Below are positions 9,640 through 18,792 of a DNA stretch of 45,395 bases, one piece after another. A program made the position numbers and the translations under genes. The stretch lies in assembly GCA_903870315.1 (NCBI GenBank), contig CAIQCJ010000032.1:1-45395 (forward strand). The letters run 5' to 3'. Under the pieces are notes generated by a model. The model was not told the DNA's origin. It did not search any database and worked only from the letters and a program-made list of their open reading frames with translations. Numbering within the stretch: position 1 is the stretch's first letter; each line of letters begins with the position of its first letter. This stretch comes from an uncultured bacterium (GTDB lineage: Bacteria > Patescibacteriota > Minisyncoccia > Phycocordibacterales > PALSA-1337).

Positions 9640-10848
9640 ATGAAAGACACACAAATAAAGAGACTCCTTGAGGCAGAGAAGAAACGTCAGAAAAAAGTCA
9701 TAAACCTTATTGCTTCTGAAAATTTTGTGTCTGCCGATGTTCTAGAAGCTCTCGGTTCAGAACTAACAAATAAATATGCGGAAGGATATTCTGGCAAAAG
9801 ATATTACGGTGGTAACGAGATAGTCGATAAGGTCGAAGATCTTTGTATCGAACGTGCATTGAAACTTTTTGGTCTTGATGCAAATAAGTGGCACGTCAAC
9901 GTACAGGCGCTTTCTGGTTCACCTGCGAACTTGGCTGTGTATGTCGGTGTATTGGGTTTGAAAAATGATGGCCAGCCACCAAAGATCATGGGTATGTCAC
10001 TCGATCATGGAGGCCATCTTACTCATGGTCACAAAGTTTCTGCTACTGGAAAATTTTTCACACAGGTTCCTTATGGTCTAGATCCTAAGACTGAGATGTT
10101 GAACTATGTTCAGCTTCGTGAGATAGCCATGAAAGAGAGGCCTGCTATTATCGTGGCAGGCTACACAGCATATCCACGTCGTATAGATTGGGCCAAGATG
10201 CGTGAGATTGCTGACGCTTGCGGAGCATTACTTATGGTTGATATGTCACATGTGGCCGGTCTTGTCGCTGGTGGGGCATATCCAGCACCATTTCCATACG
10301 CCGATATTGTGACCACGACTACTCATAAGACTTTGCGTGGTCCTAGGTCAGCACTTATATTTGTTCGCAAAGACGCCCGTGAACTTGATAAGAAAATAGA
10401 CAAGGCTGTTTTCCCTGGTTTGCAGGGTGGTCCTCATGAAAACCAGATTGCAGCAGTTGCTGTTGCTCTCAAGGAAGCCGCAAGTCCAGCTTTCAAGAAA
10501 TACGCACAACAGGTTGTAAAAAATGCCGCTGCTTTAGCCAATGAACTTCGTAATTGTGGCTGGAGACTTATTTCTGGTGGCACAGATTCTCATCTTATTC
10601 TCATAGATACTTGGAATAGCGGTGTGAAAAACGCCAAAGGTGCCGGCGCAGTTCCTGGAAAAGACGCCAGTGACAAACTTGAGAAAGTCGGCATCATTGT
10701 AAACAAAAATGGCATTCCATTTGATTCAAGATCACCAGTTGATCCGTCTGGTATTCGCATTGGTTCTGCCGCAGAGACTACTCATGGCAAAAAAGAGAAA
10801 GATTTTCGTGCAATAGCGAAAAAGATAGATGAGGTATTGAGGAAGTAG
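9640..10848 (+). CDS. glyA: Serine hydroxymethyltransferase
   Basis: LIASENF, NKYAEGY, GGHLTHG, TTTTHKTLRGPR, FPGLQGGP. Confidence 0.97.
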   Translation: MKDTQIKRLLEAEKKRQKKVINLIASENFVSADVLEALGSELTNKYAEGYSGKRYYGGNEIVDKVEDLCIERALKLFGLDANKWHVNVQALSGSPANLAVYVGVLGLKNDGQPPKIMGMSLDHGGHLTHGHKVSATGKFFTQVPYGLDPKTEMLNYVQLREIAMKERPAIIVAGYTAYPRRIDWAKMREIADACGALLMVDMSHVAGLVAGGAYPAPFPYADIVTTTTHKTLRGPRSALIFVRKDARELDKKIDKAVFPGLQGGPHENQIAAVAVALKEAASPAFKKYAQQVVKNAAALANELRNCGWRLISGGTDSHLILIDTWNSGVKNAKGAGAVPGKDASDKLEKVGIIVNKNGIPFDSRSPVDPSGIRIGSAAETTHGKKEKDFRAIAKKIDEVLRK

Positions 10849-10908
10849 GGATATTTGATTTTAGCCAATTTGGCGGATTTTTCGCTAACTTTCTGCTACA
10901 ATCATCCC

Positions 10909-12735
10909 ATGAAAGACGAAATCATAAAGATATTGCAAAAAACCTTTGAGCCACTTGGTATATCGGATATTTCGGTCGCCTTAGATTTTCCAGAAAATGC
11001 CGAATATGGTGACTATACTAGCAATGTGGCCATGATAAACGCCAAGAGGCTTGGTATGAAGCCTGTTGAATTGGCGACAAAGATCGTGGCAGATTTCGAC
11101 AAACTTGTAGCCAAGGCATCTTTGAAAGGTCTTATGAAATCAGTCAGTGTGGCTGGACCTGGATTTATTAATTTTACTTTGACCGCAGAAGCGGTTTCGA
11201 AGAATGTTCAGGAGATCTCAAGAGAGTTGAATGGCCCCAAAGGCTCAAATAGCTTAAAAGGCCAAATTTCAAATATCGGCGCTGGTAAAAAAGTTTTGAT
11301 AGAGTACTCGTCTCCGAATATTGCCAAACCTTTTACGGTCGGACATTTGAGGTCAACTATCATAGGTGATTCTATTGCGCGTATTTTGAGTGCTACTGGA
11401 TATTCTGTTATTCGTGACAACCATCTTGGTGACTGGGGAACACAGTTTGGGAAGCTTTTGGTGGCGATAGAAAAGTGGGGGGATGAATTTGGCGGACTCG
11501 ATGGCATCAAAAAGAGTGAAAATCCTATCAAAATACTTGTTGATCTTTACGTGAAGTTCCATGATGAGGTTGCGATTATGGAGGATTCTGAAGACGAAAA
11601 ATTGAAAACAGAAGCAGAAGAACTCGTTACTTTTGCTCGTGCCAAATCTAAAATATTGGAATCTGGTAAGGATCCGATAATTTCTGAAATTTGGAAGGTC
11701 TGCGTAGATCTTTCCATGCATGAGTTTGCCCTTATTTATACGAGACTCGGTGTGTCTTTTGATCCAAAGAGGGGAGATACGCAGATTGGTGAAAGTTTCT
11801 TTGTGACCCCAGATAAGATCAACCCAGTCAGAGATGCCTTGAATGCCAAAAATCTTTTGAAAGAAAGTGAGGGTGCCAAAGTTGTATTCTTTGGTAGTGA
11901 AGATCCAAAGTCATGGAAACTCCCTCCGCTTATAGTAGAGAAAAGTGACGGTACATCCATATATGCTACTCGTGATTTGGCCGCAGATTTATATCGAATC
12001 AATACATACGGTAAAGGTCTAATACTCATAAATGAGGTTGGTGCTGAACAAAATCTTTACTTCAAACAACTTATAGAAACTGAGACTATGCTTGGCTGGT
12101 TTACGAAAGGTCAGAGACTTCATATCGCCCACGGACTTTACAGGTTCAAGGATGGCAAGATGTCTACAAGAAAAGGTAAGGTCATCTGGCTAGGTGATAT
12201 TCTGGATGAAGCAGTTACTCGTGCTTCCAAGATAAATGCCGATAGTGCCAATGATGTGGCTGTGGCGGCTATCAAGTTCAATGATCTTAAGCGCGACAGT
12301 ATACAAGATATAGTTTTCGATTGGGATGAAATGATGAGTATGACCGGTGACTCTGGACCATATCTACAATATTCATGCGTGCGTGCCAAAGCCGTCATAG
12401 AGAAAGCGAAAGGGCTCGGCATAGTCGCGCATATTGGCCCTGGATCCGGTGAAGGTAGTACACGCCCAAAAATCGCCCAAATCGATCTTCTTGAAAGATA
12501 CCTGATCCGTTTTCAGTCGGTTGTCGAATTCGCCGGCGCATCATATAGACCGAATGTCATTGCCAACTATCTCATAAATCTGGCGGCGCTTTTCAACAGC
12601 TTCTATTCCCAAGTAATGATCGCTGATGCGAAAGACCCTATGGCAGCTTACAAAGTTGCTGTCACGCAGGCTTTTGCCATGACCATGGAGAGGGGATTAG
12701 ATCTATTGGGTATAAAAGTTCCGAAGAAGATGTAA
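10909..12735 (+). CDS. argS: Arginine--tRNA ligase
   Basis: EYSSPNIAKPFTVGHLRSTIIGD, HLGDWGTQFG, KMSTRKG, GPYLQY. The likely start is ATG 10909, downstream of a TGnTACAAT -10 box. Confidence 0.96.
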   Translation: MKDEIIKILQKTFEPLGISDISVALDFPENAEYGDYTSNVAMINAKRLGMKPVELATKIVADFDKLVAKASLKGLMKSVSVAGPGFINFTLTAEAVSKNVQEISRELNGPKGSNSLKGQISNIGAGKKVLIEYSSPNIAKPFTVGHLRSTIIGDSIARILSATGYSVIRDNHLGDWGTQFGKLLVAIEKWGDEFGGLDGIKKSENPIKILVDLYVKFHDEVAIMEDSEDEKLKTEAEELVTFARAKSKILESGKDPIISEIWKVCVDLSMHEFALIYTRLGVSFDPKRGDTQIGESFFVTPDKINPVRDALNAKNLLKESEGAKVVFFGSEDPKSWKLPPLIVEKSDGTSIYATRDLAADLYRINTYGKGLILINEVGAEQNLYFKQLIETETMLGWFTKGQRLHIAHGLYRFKDGKMSTRKGKVIWLGDILDEAVTRASKINADSANDVAVAAIKFNDLKRDSIQDIVFDWDEMMSMTGDSGPYLQYSCVRAKAVIEKAKGLGIVAHIGPGSGEGSTRPKIAQIDLLERYLIRFQSVVEFAGASYRPNVIANYLINLAALFNSFYSQVMIADAKDPMAAYKVAVTQAFAMTMERGLDLLGIKVPKKM

Positions 12736-12755
12736 TAAATTCTCCGGCGTGGTTT

Positions 12756-13022
12756 TCAGTACATATCGTCGTGTGATCCGATACCGTATAGGGTTATTGT
12801 TGTCGCGTCAAAAGAAAAAACTATTCTGTGGTCATAAGATATTCTACATGCATATAATTCTTTGAGAGACCCATGTAGTTTATGAGTTTTAAGTAATGGA
12901 TTGGAGACATCGCTCTCTAACATTTTAAGAGTTTTCGACCATCTTGTTTTTAAGTGCGCGTTCTTCCTAAGAAAATCACGCGACATTTTGTTGAATGCGG
13001 GAGTGGCGAATATTGTCCTCAT
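12756..13022 (-). CDS. Type II toxin, RelE/YafQ-family mRNA interferase
   Basis: 88 aa; LKTHKLHGSLKELYACRISYDHRIVF, IGSHDDMY. Confidence 0.88.
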   Translation of the reverse strand: MRTIFATPAFNKMSRDFLRKNAHLKTRWSKTLKMLESDVSNPLLKTHKLHGSLKELYACRISYDHRIVFSFDATTITLYGIGSHDDMY

Positions 13023-13037
13023 GGATCAAGAGATAGG

Positions 13038-13220
13038 CTAAAGACCTTTAGTAATGTCGGCAATAAGCAAATTTGCTGACGAGTATTTTCTGACTTTACC
13101 AGTTTGTGCTTCCCAAACAGATTGAAGGATCTCAAGTTCAAAGAATCTTTTTCGCAGATCGCGCATGATACTAGCAACCTCTTTTGAGTTCTTTTTTATC
13201 TGAAATTTAGTGATTTTCAT
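13038..13220 (-). CDS. Putative cognate antitoxin (60 aa)
   Basis: Small ORF immediately upstream of the toxin; C-terminal 'EAQTGKVRKYSSANLLIADI' resembles RelB-type antitoxin tails. TATACT lies 6 nt upstream of ATG 13220. Confidence 0.7.
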   Translation of the reverse strand: MKITKFQIKKNSKEVASIMRDLRKRFFELEILQSVWEAQTGKVRKYSSANLLIADITKGL

Positions 13221-13256
13221 GTATTTAGTATAGCGTAGGTGGGTGGTCATGCCTAC

Positions 13257-13286
13257 TTGACATTTAGATACTAAGTAGTGTACAAT
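13257..13286 (+). promoter_or_regulatory. Sigma70 promoter of the DGR target gene
   Basis: TTGACA (13257-62), 18 nt spacer, TACAAT (13281-86). Confidence 0.65.
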
Positions 13287-13397
13287 ATCGCTCAGCGAGG
13301 TAGGTCTTTGTCAGTGCAATGTTAGGGGATTCGTCCCAGTGCGTGGTCGTAGTAAAACAAACCAAAACCGCTCGAAAGAGCAGAAAGGAAAGCGCGT

Positions 13398-14186
13398 ATG
13401 AAAAATGCGAGCGTTCCCAAAGTAGCAGAAGTGGTTCAGAGAGAGATCTCTGTGCAATGGCAAGCACAGATTAGTGCCAACCTTATCGTGGGGTCAATAC
13501 CGATCCTAAAACAACTGGGAAGATTCCCGCAATTGGCTCAGAAGCTTGCAGCCAAGCCGGAAGCTTGGACAGAGTTCCTGATGTCGGCATTGCCGAAGCG
13601 GATGGTTATCGGCCACAATGATGCGGAATATTGGGACCGGTATTATCAAAATGAGTTTGGCATCAAGGGCTCATTTGAGGGTCTCGAAATCCCAGCCGCT
13701 CCAGCTTATCCAGCATGGCTTGTTGTGATGCATGAACAGATCTCCAATCGGTGCAATCCGATAATGGAGGTTTGCAAAAAGCATTACCCGAAGTACTGGC
13801 AGTACACGAGCGATCTCGGCGCTTCGATCGTCAGACATGATCGGAGTGGGACATACGGAATCTGGGTCGCGGCTTCGCCGAGCGCTGAATTCGGAAATGT
13901 GGATGGTAAAAACTTGTCTAGCCAGGATGTTTGGGACAGGGGCATTATTACCACAACTCTGCCGGAGCGTCTGATTCTTGGTGATACGTTCTATTTGAAA
14001 AACCAAGATCATCTGGACAAAAATAAAATCAACCTCTGTCCAGGTTCGCGCAATTCCGACGGCAATGTGCCGAGTGTGAATCGGCACAACGACGACAATG
14101 TCAAGGTGAACTACTGGAATCCGCAGAATGCCGATGACAATCTGCGGTTCCGTCTGGAAATTTCTCGCAACAAGGGGCTTTCATAG
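13398..14186 (+). CDS. DGR target protein (C-terminal C-type-lectin-like region)
   Basis: C-terminus TLPERLIL...HLD...LCPGSRNSDGNVPSVN...LRFRLEIS fits DGR variable proteins of CPR; adjacent to avd-like and RT genes. Confidence 0.75.
   Translation: MKNASVPKVAEVVQREISVQWQAQISANLIVGSIPILKQLGRFPQLAQKLAAKPEAWTEFLMSALPKRMVIGHNDAEYWDRYYQNEFGIKGSFEGLEIPAAPAYPAWLVVMHEQISNRCNPIMEVCKKHYPKYWQYTSDLGASIVRHDRSGTYGIWVAASPSAEFGNVDGKNLSSQDVWDRGIITTTLPERLILGDTFYLKNQDHLDKNKINLCPGSRNSDGNVPSVNRHNDDNVKVNYWNPQNADDNLRFRLEISRNKGLS
14010..14168 (+). repeat. DGR template-repeat-like segment (AAY-codon rich) forming the 3' end of the target ORF
   Basis: 11 Asn codons (AAC/AAT) in about 53 codons, at positions normally variable. 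No second copy found by eye in the window. Confidence 0.7.
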
Positions 14187-14194
14187 CCCCTTTT
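14172..14194. terminator. Hairpin at the end of the TR-like segment, between convergent target and avd genes
   Basis: AAGGGGCT-ttcat-AGCCCCTT followed by TT. Confidence 0.7.
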
Positions 14195-14197
14195 GTG

Positions 14198-14545
14198 TCA
14201 TATGTTTTGGCTACGCGCCACATAGTTTATCCAATTGGTCGCTTCTTTGGATATTTCAAAAAGTTTGGTAGAAAGACGTATATAAGTTTTATCATCGATG
14301 ATAAGTAATTCATTTTCTGTCCGAATCAGATTTTGTAGAACACCGATTTTTACACGCAATCTTTCCAGTGTCGGCTTCTTTAGGATTTTTATTTGAAATG
14401 ACCCTTCTATAGCCAGAGACAAAATGTTTATGCACAGCCGTTCTATTTCCATATGTATTCCCAGCTTGTTGCTTTTCGATAGTTTTTGGCCGGTGTTGTA
14501 AATGTCTTTGTGTAGTATTCTTATACTATGGATAATTGGGACAAT
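14198..14545 (-). pseudogene. avd: Avd-like four-helix-bundle accessory protein, probably 5'-truncated
   Basis: The frame stays open upstream of Met 14452 (IVPIIHSIRILHKDIYNTGQKLSKSNKLGIHMEIERLC...LERLRVKIGVLQNLIR...YIRLSTKLFEISKEATNWI), with no upstream ATG before the stop at about 14576. Confidence 0.7.
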
Positions 14546-15019
14546 TTGTTTGAACTTATAAAAAGGATTATTTTTTCATTCGAAAAGACCGGTGGAAAAG
14601 GCTTGCCACTTGGCAATGTTACTAGTCAGCTTTTCTCCGATATTTATCTCAATGAGCTGGATCAGTTTGTAAAACACGAACTAAAAGCAAAGTACTATAT
14701 TAGATATTGTGACGATTTTGTAATTTTAAATGACTCTTTGGATTACCTTGATTATTGTTTAGATAAGATTAGGGATTTTTGTTCGGAAAATCTGTTGGTA
14801 AATTTACATCCAGATAAAGTAGAGATACGTAAACTGAAAACCGGAGTAGATTTTCTTGGATATGTTTCCTTGCCACATTATAGAGTCTTGCGTACCAAAA
14901 CAAAGAGGAGGATGTTAAATAGAGTTTCGACAAAAAATGTGGCCTCATATTTAGGAATGTTGAAGCATTGCAAAGGAGAGAAAATAGAGGAACAAATTAG
15001 CAGATTATTTTTTGATTAA
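14546..15019 (+). pseudogene. DGR-type reverse transcriptase, C-terminal fragment
   Basis: GLPLGNVTSQLFSDIYLNELDQFVKH (SQ motif characteristic of DGR RTs), YIRYCDDF, GVDFLGY, SYLGMLKHC. The N-terminal RT motifs are absent. Confidence 0.88.
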
Positions 15020-15040
15020 AAAATGCTAGAATAAGCCATT

Positions 15041-18000
15041 ATGAGTTCACATAGTGAGCGCGAAGAAAAGATGCTGGCCTTCTGGAAAGAGAAGGGTATT
15101 TTTGAGAAAACACTGGAGAAACCTTCTCCTAAAGGCGAATTTACTTTCTATGATGGCCCGCCATTTGCTACGGGCACACCTCATTACGGGCACTTGCTGG
15201 CTGGTACCATGAAGGATGTCATTCCGCGCTGGAAAACCATGCAGGGATATCACGTGGCTCGCCGATGGGGCTGGGATTGTCATGGTTTGCCAGTTGAGAA
15301 TCTCATAGAAAAGGAGCTCGGACTTAAGTCCAAGAAAGATATTTTTGAATATGGCATTGATAAGTTCAATGACGCTGCTCGTGCCAGTGTCATGCGTTAT
15401 GCTGACGAATGGCGCAAAGTTGTTCCACGTTTGGGGCGTTTCGTCGATATGGAGGATGATTATCGTACGATGGATGCCTCGTATACCGAAAGTGTCTGGT
15501 GGATATTCAAGAATCTCTATGACAAAGGTCTGATCTATGAAGGTTTCAAATCCATGAATCTTTGTCCACGTTGTGAGACGACTTTGTCGAACTTTGAAGT
15601 GGCACAGGGTTACAAGGACATAACAGATATTTCTGTATATGTGAAGTTTAGGATACCTGACTGGTACAAAGTTTTCTGGTCAAATGGTGGAAATGACCCG
15701 AAAAGCCAAAATAGAAATGTACAAGGTGTAAATGGAGCGCAGATAGCCACTTATCTTATAGCTTGGACGACGACGCCGTGGACTTTACCAGGGAATGTGG
15801 CTTTGGCGGTAAATCCAGATATTGATTATGTCAGGGTTAATTTAAGCACAATAACCAAAGATGATTCGGATACTATTGGCTCAGTAAGCGAAACATACTT
15901 GATAGCGGAATCACGTCTTGCGGTCATCTTGAAAGATAAACAATATGAGATTATCGAGAAGATAAAAGGTTCAGATCTTGTCGGTCTTTCATATGAACCT
16001 ATTTTCGATTGTTATCACAACGACAAAACCTTGAAGGATCGTGGAAATGGTTGGAAGATATATGGTGCAGATTTCGTGACAATAGAAGATGGTACTGGTA
16101 TCGTCCACATCGCTCCAGCATTTGGGGCAGATGACTACAGTTTGCTCCTCAAATACAATTTGCCTTTAGTACAACACGTGGCTGTCGACGGTACATTCAA
16201 GAAAGAGTTTACATCTAGCCCAGAGACTTCAGTCTTTTCTGGTCTACATGTGAAGCCTAAGGATACATCTGAAGACAAAAATGCTCACCAAAGTACTGAT
16301 ATTGAAGTTATAAAATGGTTGGCTCATAGTGGAAAACTTTTTGATAAAGAAAAGATTATACACTCATACCCACATTGTTGGCGCTGTGAGACTCCTCTTA
16401 TTAACTACGCCTCTTCTTCTTGGTTTGTGAAAGTCACCGATATCAAGGATAAACTGGTGGCAGCCAATAAGAAGATAACTTGGGTTCCAGAAGAACTTGG
16501 CGAAGGTCGTTTTGGTAATTGGTTAGAAGGTGCGCGTGACTGGGCTATATCTCGCTCACGTTTCTGGGGAGCACCGATACCTGTATGGAGAGAAGAAGGT
16601 GCAAGTGGTACGCAAGGTCCAAGCAATTTACATGTCATAGGATCTATAGCAGACTTCAAGAAATATTCTCATACAAAGAATACTTATTACGTGATACGTC
16701 ATGGAGAATCCGAAGGTAATGTGAAAGGCATATTGAGCACAGATATGAAGATAGTTCACCATCTGACAGACAAGGGTAGGGAGCAAGCAGCATCTGCCAC
16801 GGAAAACCTTAAAGGTATAGAGTTTGATCATGTATTTGTATCTCCGTTTGCACGTACTCAGGAGACTTACGAAGTTTTGGCTTCGAAGTTAGGTTGGGAC
16901 AAGAGTAAAATGATAACAGACGATCGTATAAGAGAGCTTGGAGGTGGTATATGGAATGGACGACTTATATCTGATTTCTTGGCTGAGTTTGAACATTCTG
17001 ACAGGTTCGAGAATGCTCCAGAAGGTGGAGAGAATTATACCGATATAAAAAAGAGGATGGGCGATTTCTTGTATGACATAGAAAACAGATACCAAGGTGA
17101 GACTATACTTATAGTTACTCACGAGACGCCGGCTTGGTTATTGTTCTCTGCGGCTATTGGAGCCGATAAAGCCTCATCTTTGGCCATGCGTGTCAGCGAC
17201 AGGAAGACTGGTGGTGATTTCTTGAAAAATGCCGAAGTGAAGAAGTTGGATTTTGTGCCTATTCCTCACAATAAAAACTATGAACTCGATCTACATCGTC
17301 CTTTCATAGATGAAATAGGATTGCGCGTTGATAATGGCAATAAACTCACTCGTGTGTCTGATGTTTTCGATTGTTGGTTTGAATCAGGCTCTATGCCATG
17401 GAGCTCAAATCACTATCCTTTCGATGGGGATATTGCTTATCCAGCTGACTTCATTGCTGAAGGTCAAGATCAGACCCGTGGCTGGTTCTACACCATGTTG
17501 GTCCTAGGTGTAGGCTTGTTTGGTACATCTCCATACAAGAAAGTCTTGGCCAATGGTCTTGTCCTAGCAGAAGATGGTGAAAAGATGTCCAAATCCAAGA
17601 AGAATTATCCTGATCCGATGCTTATAATAGATAAATACAGTGCAGATGCATTGCGCTATTATTTACTTTCTTCACCAGTAGTACGTGCACAAGACCTGTG
17701 TTTTAGTGAGAAAGGTGTAGATGAAGTGACGAAGAAGATTATCAATCGTATTCTAAATGTAGTCTCTTTCTATGAGATGTATGCAGGCGAAGGTGTAAAT
17801 GGGAGTACGCAAGATGAAAGTAAAATTACGAGCGAATCATGTGTCCGAAGCAAGAATGTTCTGGATCTCTGGATTAAGGCACGTCTAAATGAGACAATTT
17901 CTCAAATCACCGGTAGCTTAGAATCAGGAGAACTTGATCGCGCCTCGAGACCATTTATGGATCTTATAGATGATCTATCAACTTGGTATCTGCGTCGATC

Positions 18001-18781
18001 CCGCGACCGCTTCAAAGGAGATGATGTCTCAGACAAGAGCTCAGCCTTGGCAACTACAAAGTTTGTCCTCATAGAGACAGCTAAACTCATGGCCCCATTT
18101 ATGCCTTTTTTGGCAGAGGATATATATATCAGAGTTGGTAGAAACATCACCAGCAATAATTCAAATGCAGATATACTAGAAAGTGTTCATCTAGATTCTT
18201 GGCCAAAAGCCACGAAAGTTAATCAGCATCTTATAGATGATATGAAGTTGGTACGTTCAGTCGCTTCACAAGGACTGGAGGCTCGTATGACGGCTAAGAT
18301 CAATGTCCGTCAGCCACTTCAGTCTCTGAAGGTTGAACTGATCCAAGAGAAGATGTGGTATAGATCAGAAAGACAACTTGGTCCAGAATTTACGTCTATC
18401 ATTGCGGATGAAGTCAATGTCAAAGAGGTTCTATCTTCCATAAAACTGGTAAGGACGACCAGTGCAGGATCTAACAAAGCGAATACCATAGTCAGTAGTG
18501 TTGAGCTCGATACTTCTATCACCATAACATTGAGAGAAGAAGGTATGGTTCGTGAACTCATACGTGCCATACAGGATCTAAGAAAGACCAAAGGCCTTAC
18601 TATAAATGACAAAGCTACTATTATCATTGAGACCGACAAGACTGGTCACGGATTTATCGAAAAGAATAAAGATGTGATATCTCGTGCGACGCTGTTGAAG
18701 ATGATTGAGTGGGGAAGTGTTGATAGTTCAATAGATATCCTGAAAATAGGTGAGATGTATATTAAGATTGATTTGAGATAA
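15041..18781 (+). CDS. ileS: Isoleucine--tRNA ligase (type 2) with an inserted histidine-phosphatase domain
   Basis: DGPPFATGTPHYGH, GWDCHGLP, WTTTPWTLP, DWAISRSRFWG, EGQDQTRGWF, KMSKS. The insert contains RHGES. Confidence 0.95.
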   Translation: MSSHSEREEKMLAFWKEKGIFEKTLEKPSPKGEFTFYDGPPFATGTPHYGHLLAGTMKDVIPRWKTMQGYHVARRWGWDCHGLPVENLIEKELGLKSKKDIFEYGIDKFNDAARASVMRYADEWRKVVPRLGRFVDMEDDYRTMDASYTESVWWIFKNLYDKGLIYEGFKSMNLCPRCETTLSNFEVAQGYKDITDISVYVKFRIPDWYKVFWSNGGNDPKSQNRNVQGVNGAQIATYLIAWTTTPWTLPGNVALAVNPDIDYVRVNLSTITKDDSDTIGSVSETYLIAESRLAVILKDKQYEIIEKIKGSDLVGLSYEPIFDCYHNDKTLKDRGNGWKIYGADFVTIEDGTGIVHIAPAFGADDYSLLLKYNLPLVQHVAVDGTFKKEFTSSPETSVFSGLHVKPKDTSEDKNAHQSTDIEVIKWLAHSGKLFDKEKIIHSYPHCWRCETPLINYASSSWFVKVTDIKDKLVAANKKITWVPEELGEGRFGNWLEGARDWAISRSRFWGAPIPVWREEGASGTQGPSNLHVIGSIADFKKYSHTKNTYYVIRHGESEGNVKGILSTDMKIVHHLTDKGREQAASATENLKGIEFDHVFVSPFARTQETYEVLASKLGWDKSKMITDDRIRELGGGIWNGRLISDFLAEFEHSDRFENAPEGGENYTDIKKRMGDFLYDIENRYQGETILIVTHETPAWLLFSAAIGADKASSLAMRVSDRKTGGDFLKNAEVKKLDFVPIPHNKNYELDLHRPFIDEIGLRVDNGNKLTRVSDVFDCWFESGSMPWSSNHYPFDGDIAYPADFIAEGQDQTRGWFYTMLVLGVGLFGTSPYKKVLANGLVLAEDGEKMSKSKKNYPDPMLIIDKYSADALRYYLLSSPVVRAQDLCFSEKGVDEVTKKIINRILNVVSFYEMYAGEGVNGSTQDESKITSESCVRSKNVLDLWIKARLNETISQITGSLESGELDRASRPFMDLIDDLSTWYLRRSRDRFKGDDVSDKSSALATTKFVLIETAKLMAPFMPFLAEDIYIRVGRNITSNNSNADILESVHLDSWPKATKVNQHLIDDMKLVRSVASQGLEARMTAKINVRQPLQSLKVELIQEKMWYRSERQLGPEFTSIIADEVNVKEVLSSIKLVRTTSAGSNKANTIVSSVELDTSITITLREEGMVRELIRAIQDLRKTKGLTINDKATIIIETDKTGHGFIEKNKDVISRATLLKMIEWGSVDSSIDILKIGEMYIKIDLR

Positions 18782-18792
18782 TCTTTTGTAAA

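Noticed and set aside
13264..13467. 67-aa minus-strand ORF upstream of the antitoxin
   Set aside because: It overlaps the promoter, structured leader and start of the DGR target, and has no recognisable features.
14528..14545. ATG 14528 as the native RT start
   Set aside because: These bases are the antisense of avd codons (IVPIIH), and the RT lacks its N-terminal motifs.
14528..15019. RT as a group II intron, retron or Abi RT
   Set aside because: The GNVTSQ motif, adjacent Avd-like gene and AAY-rich repeat point to a DGR. No intron domain V/VI or maturase domain was seen.
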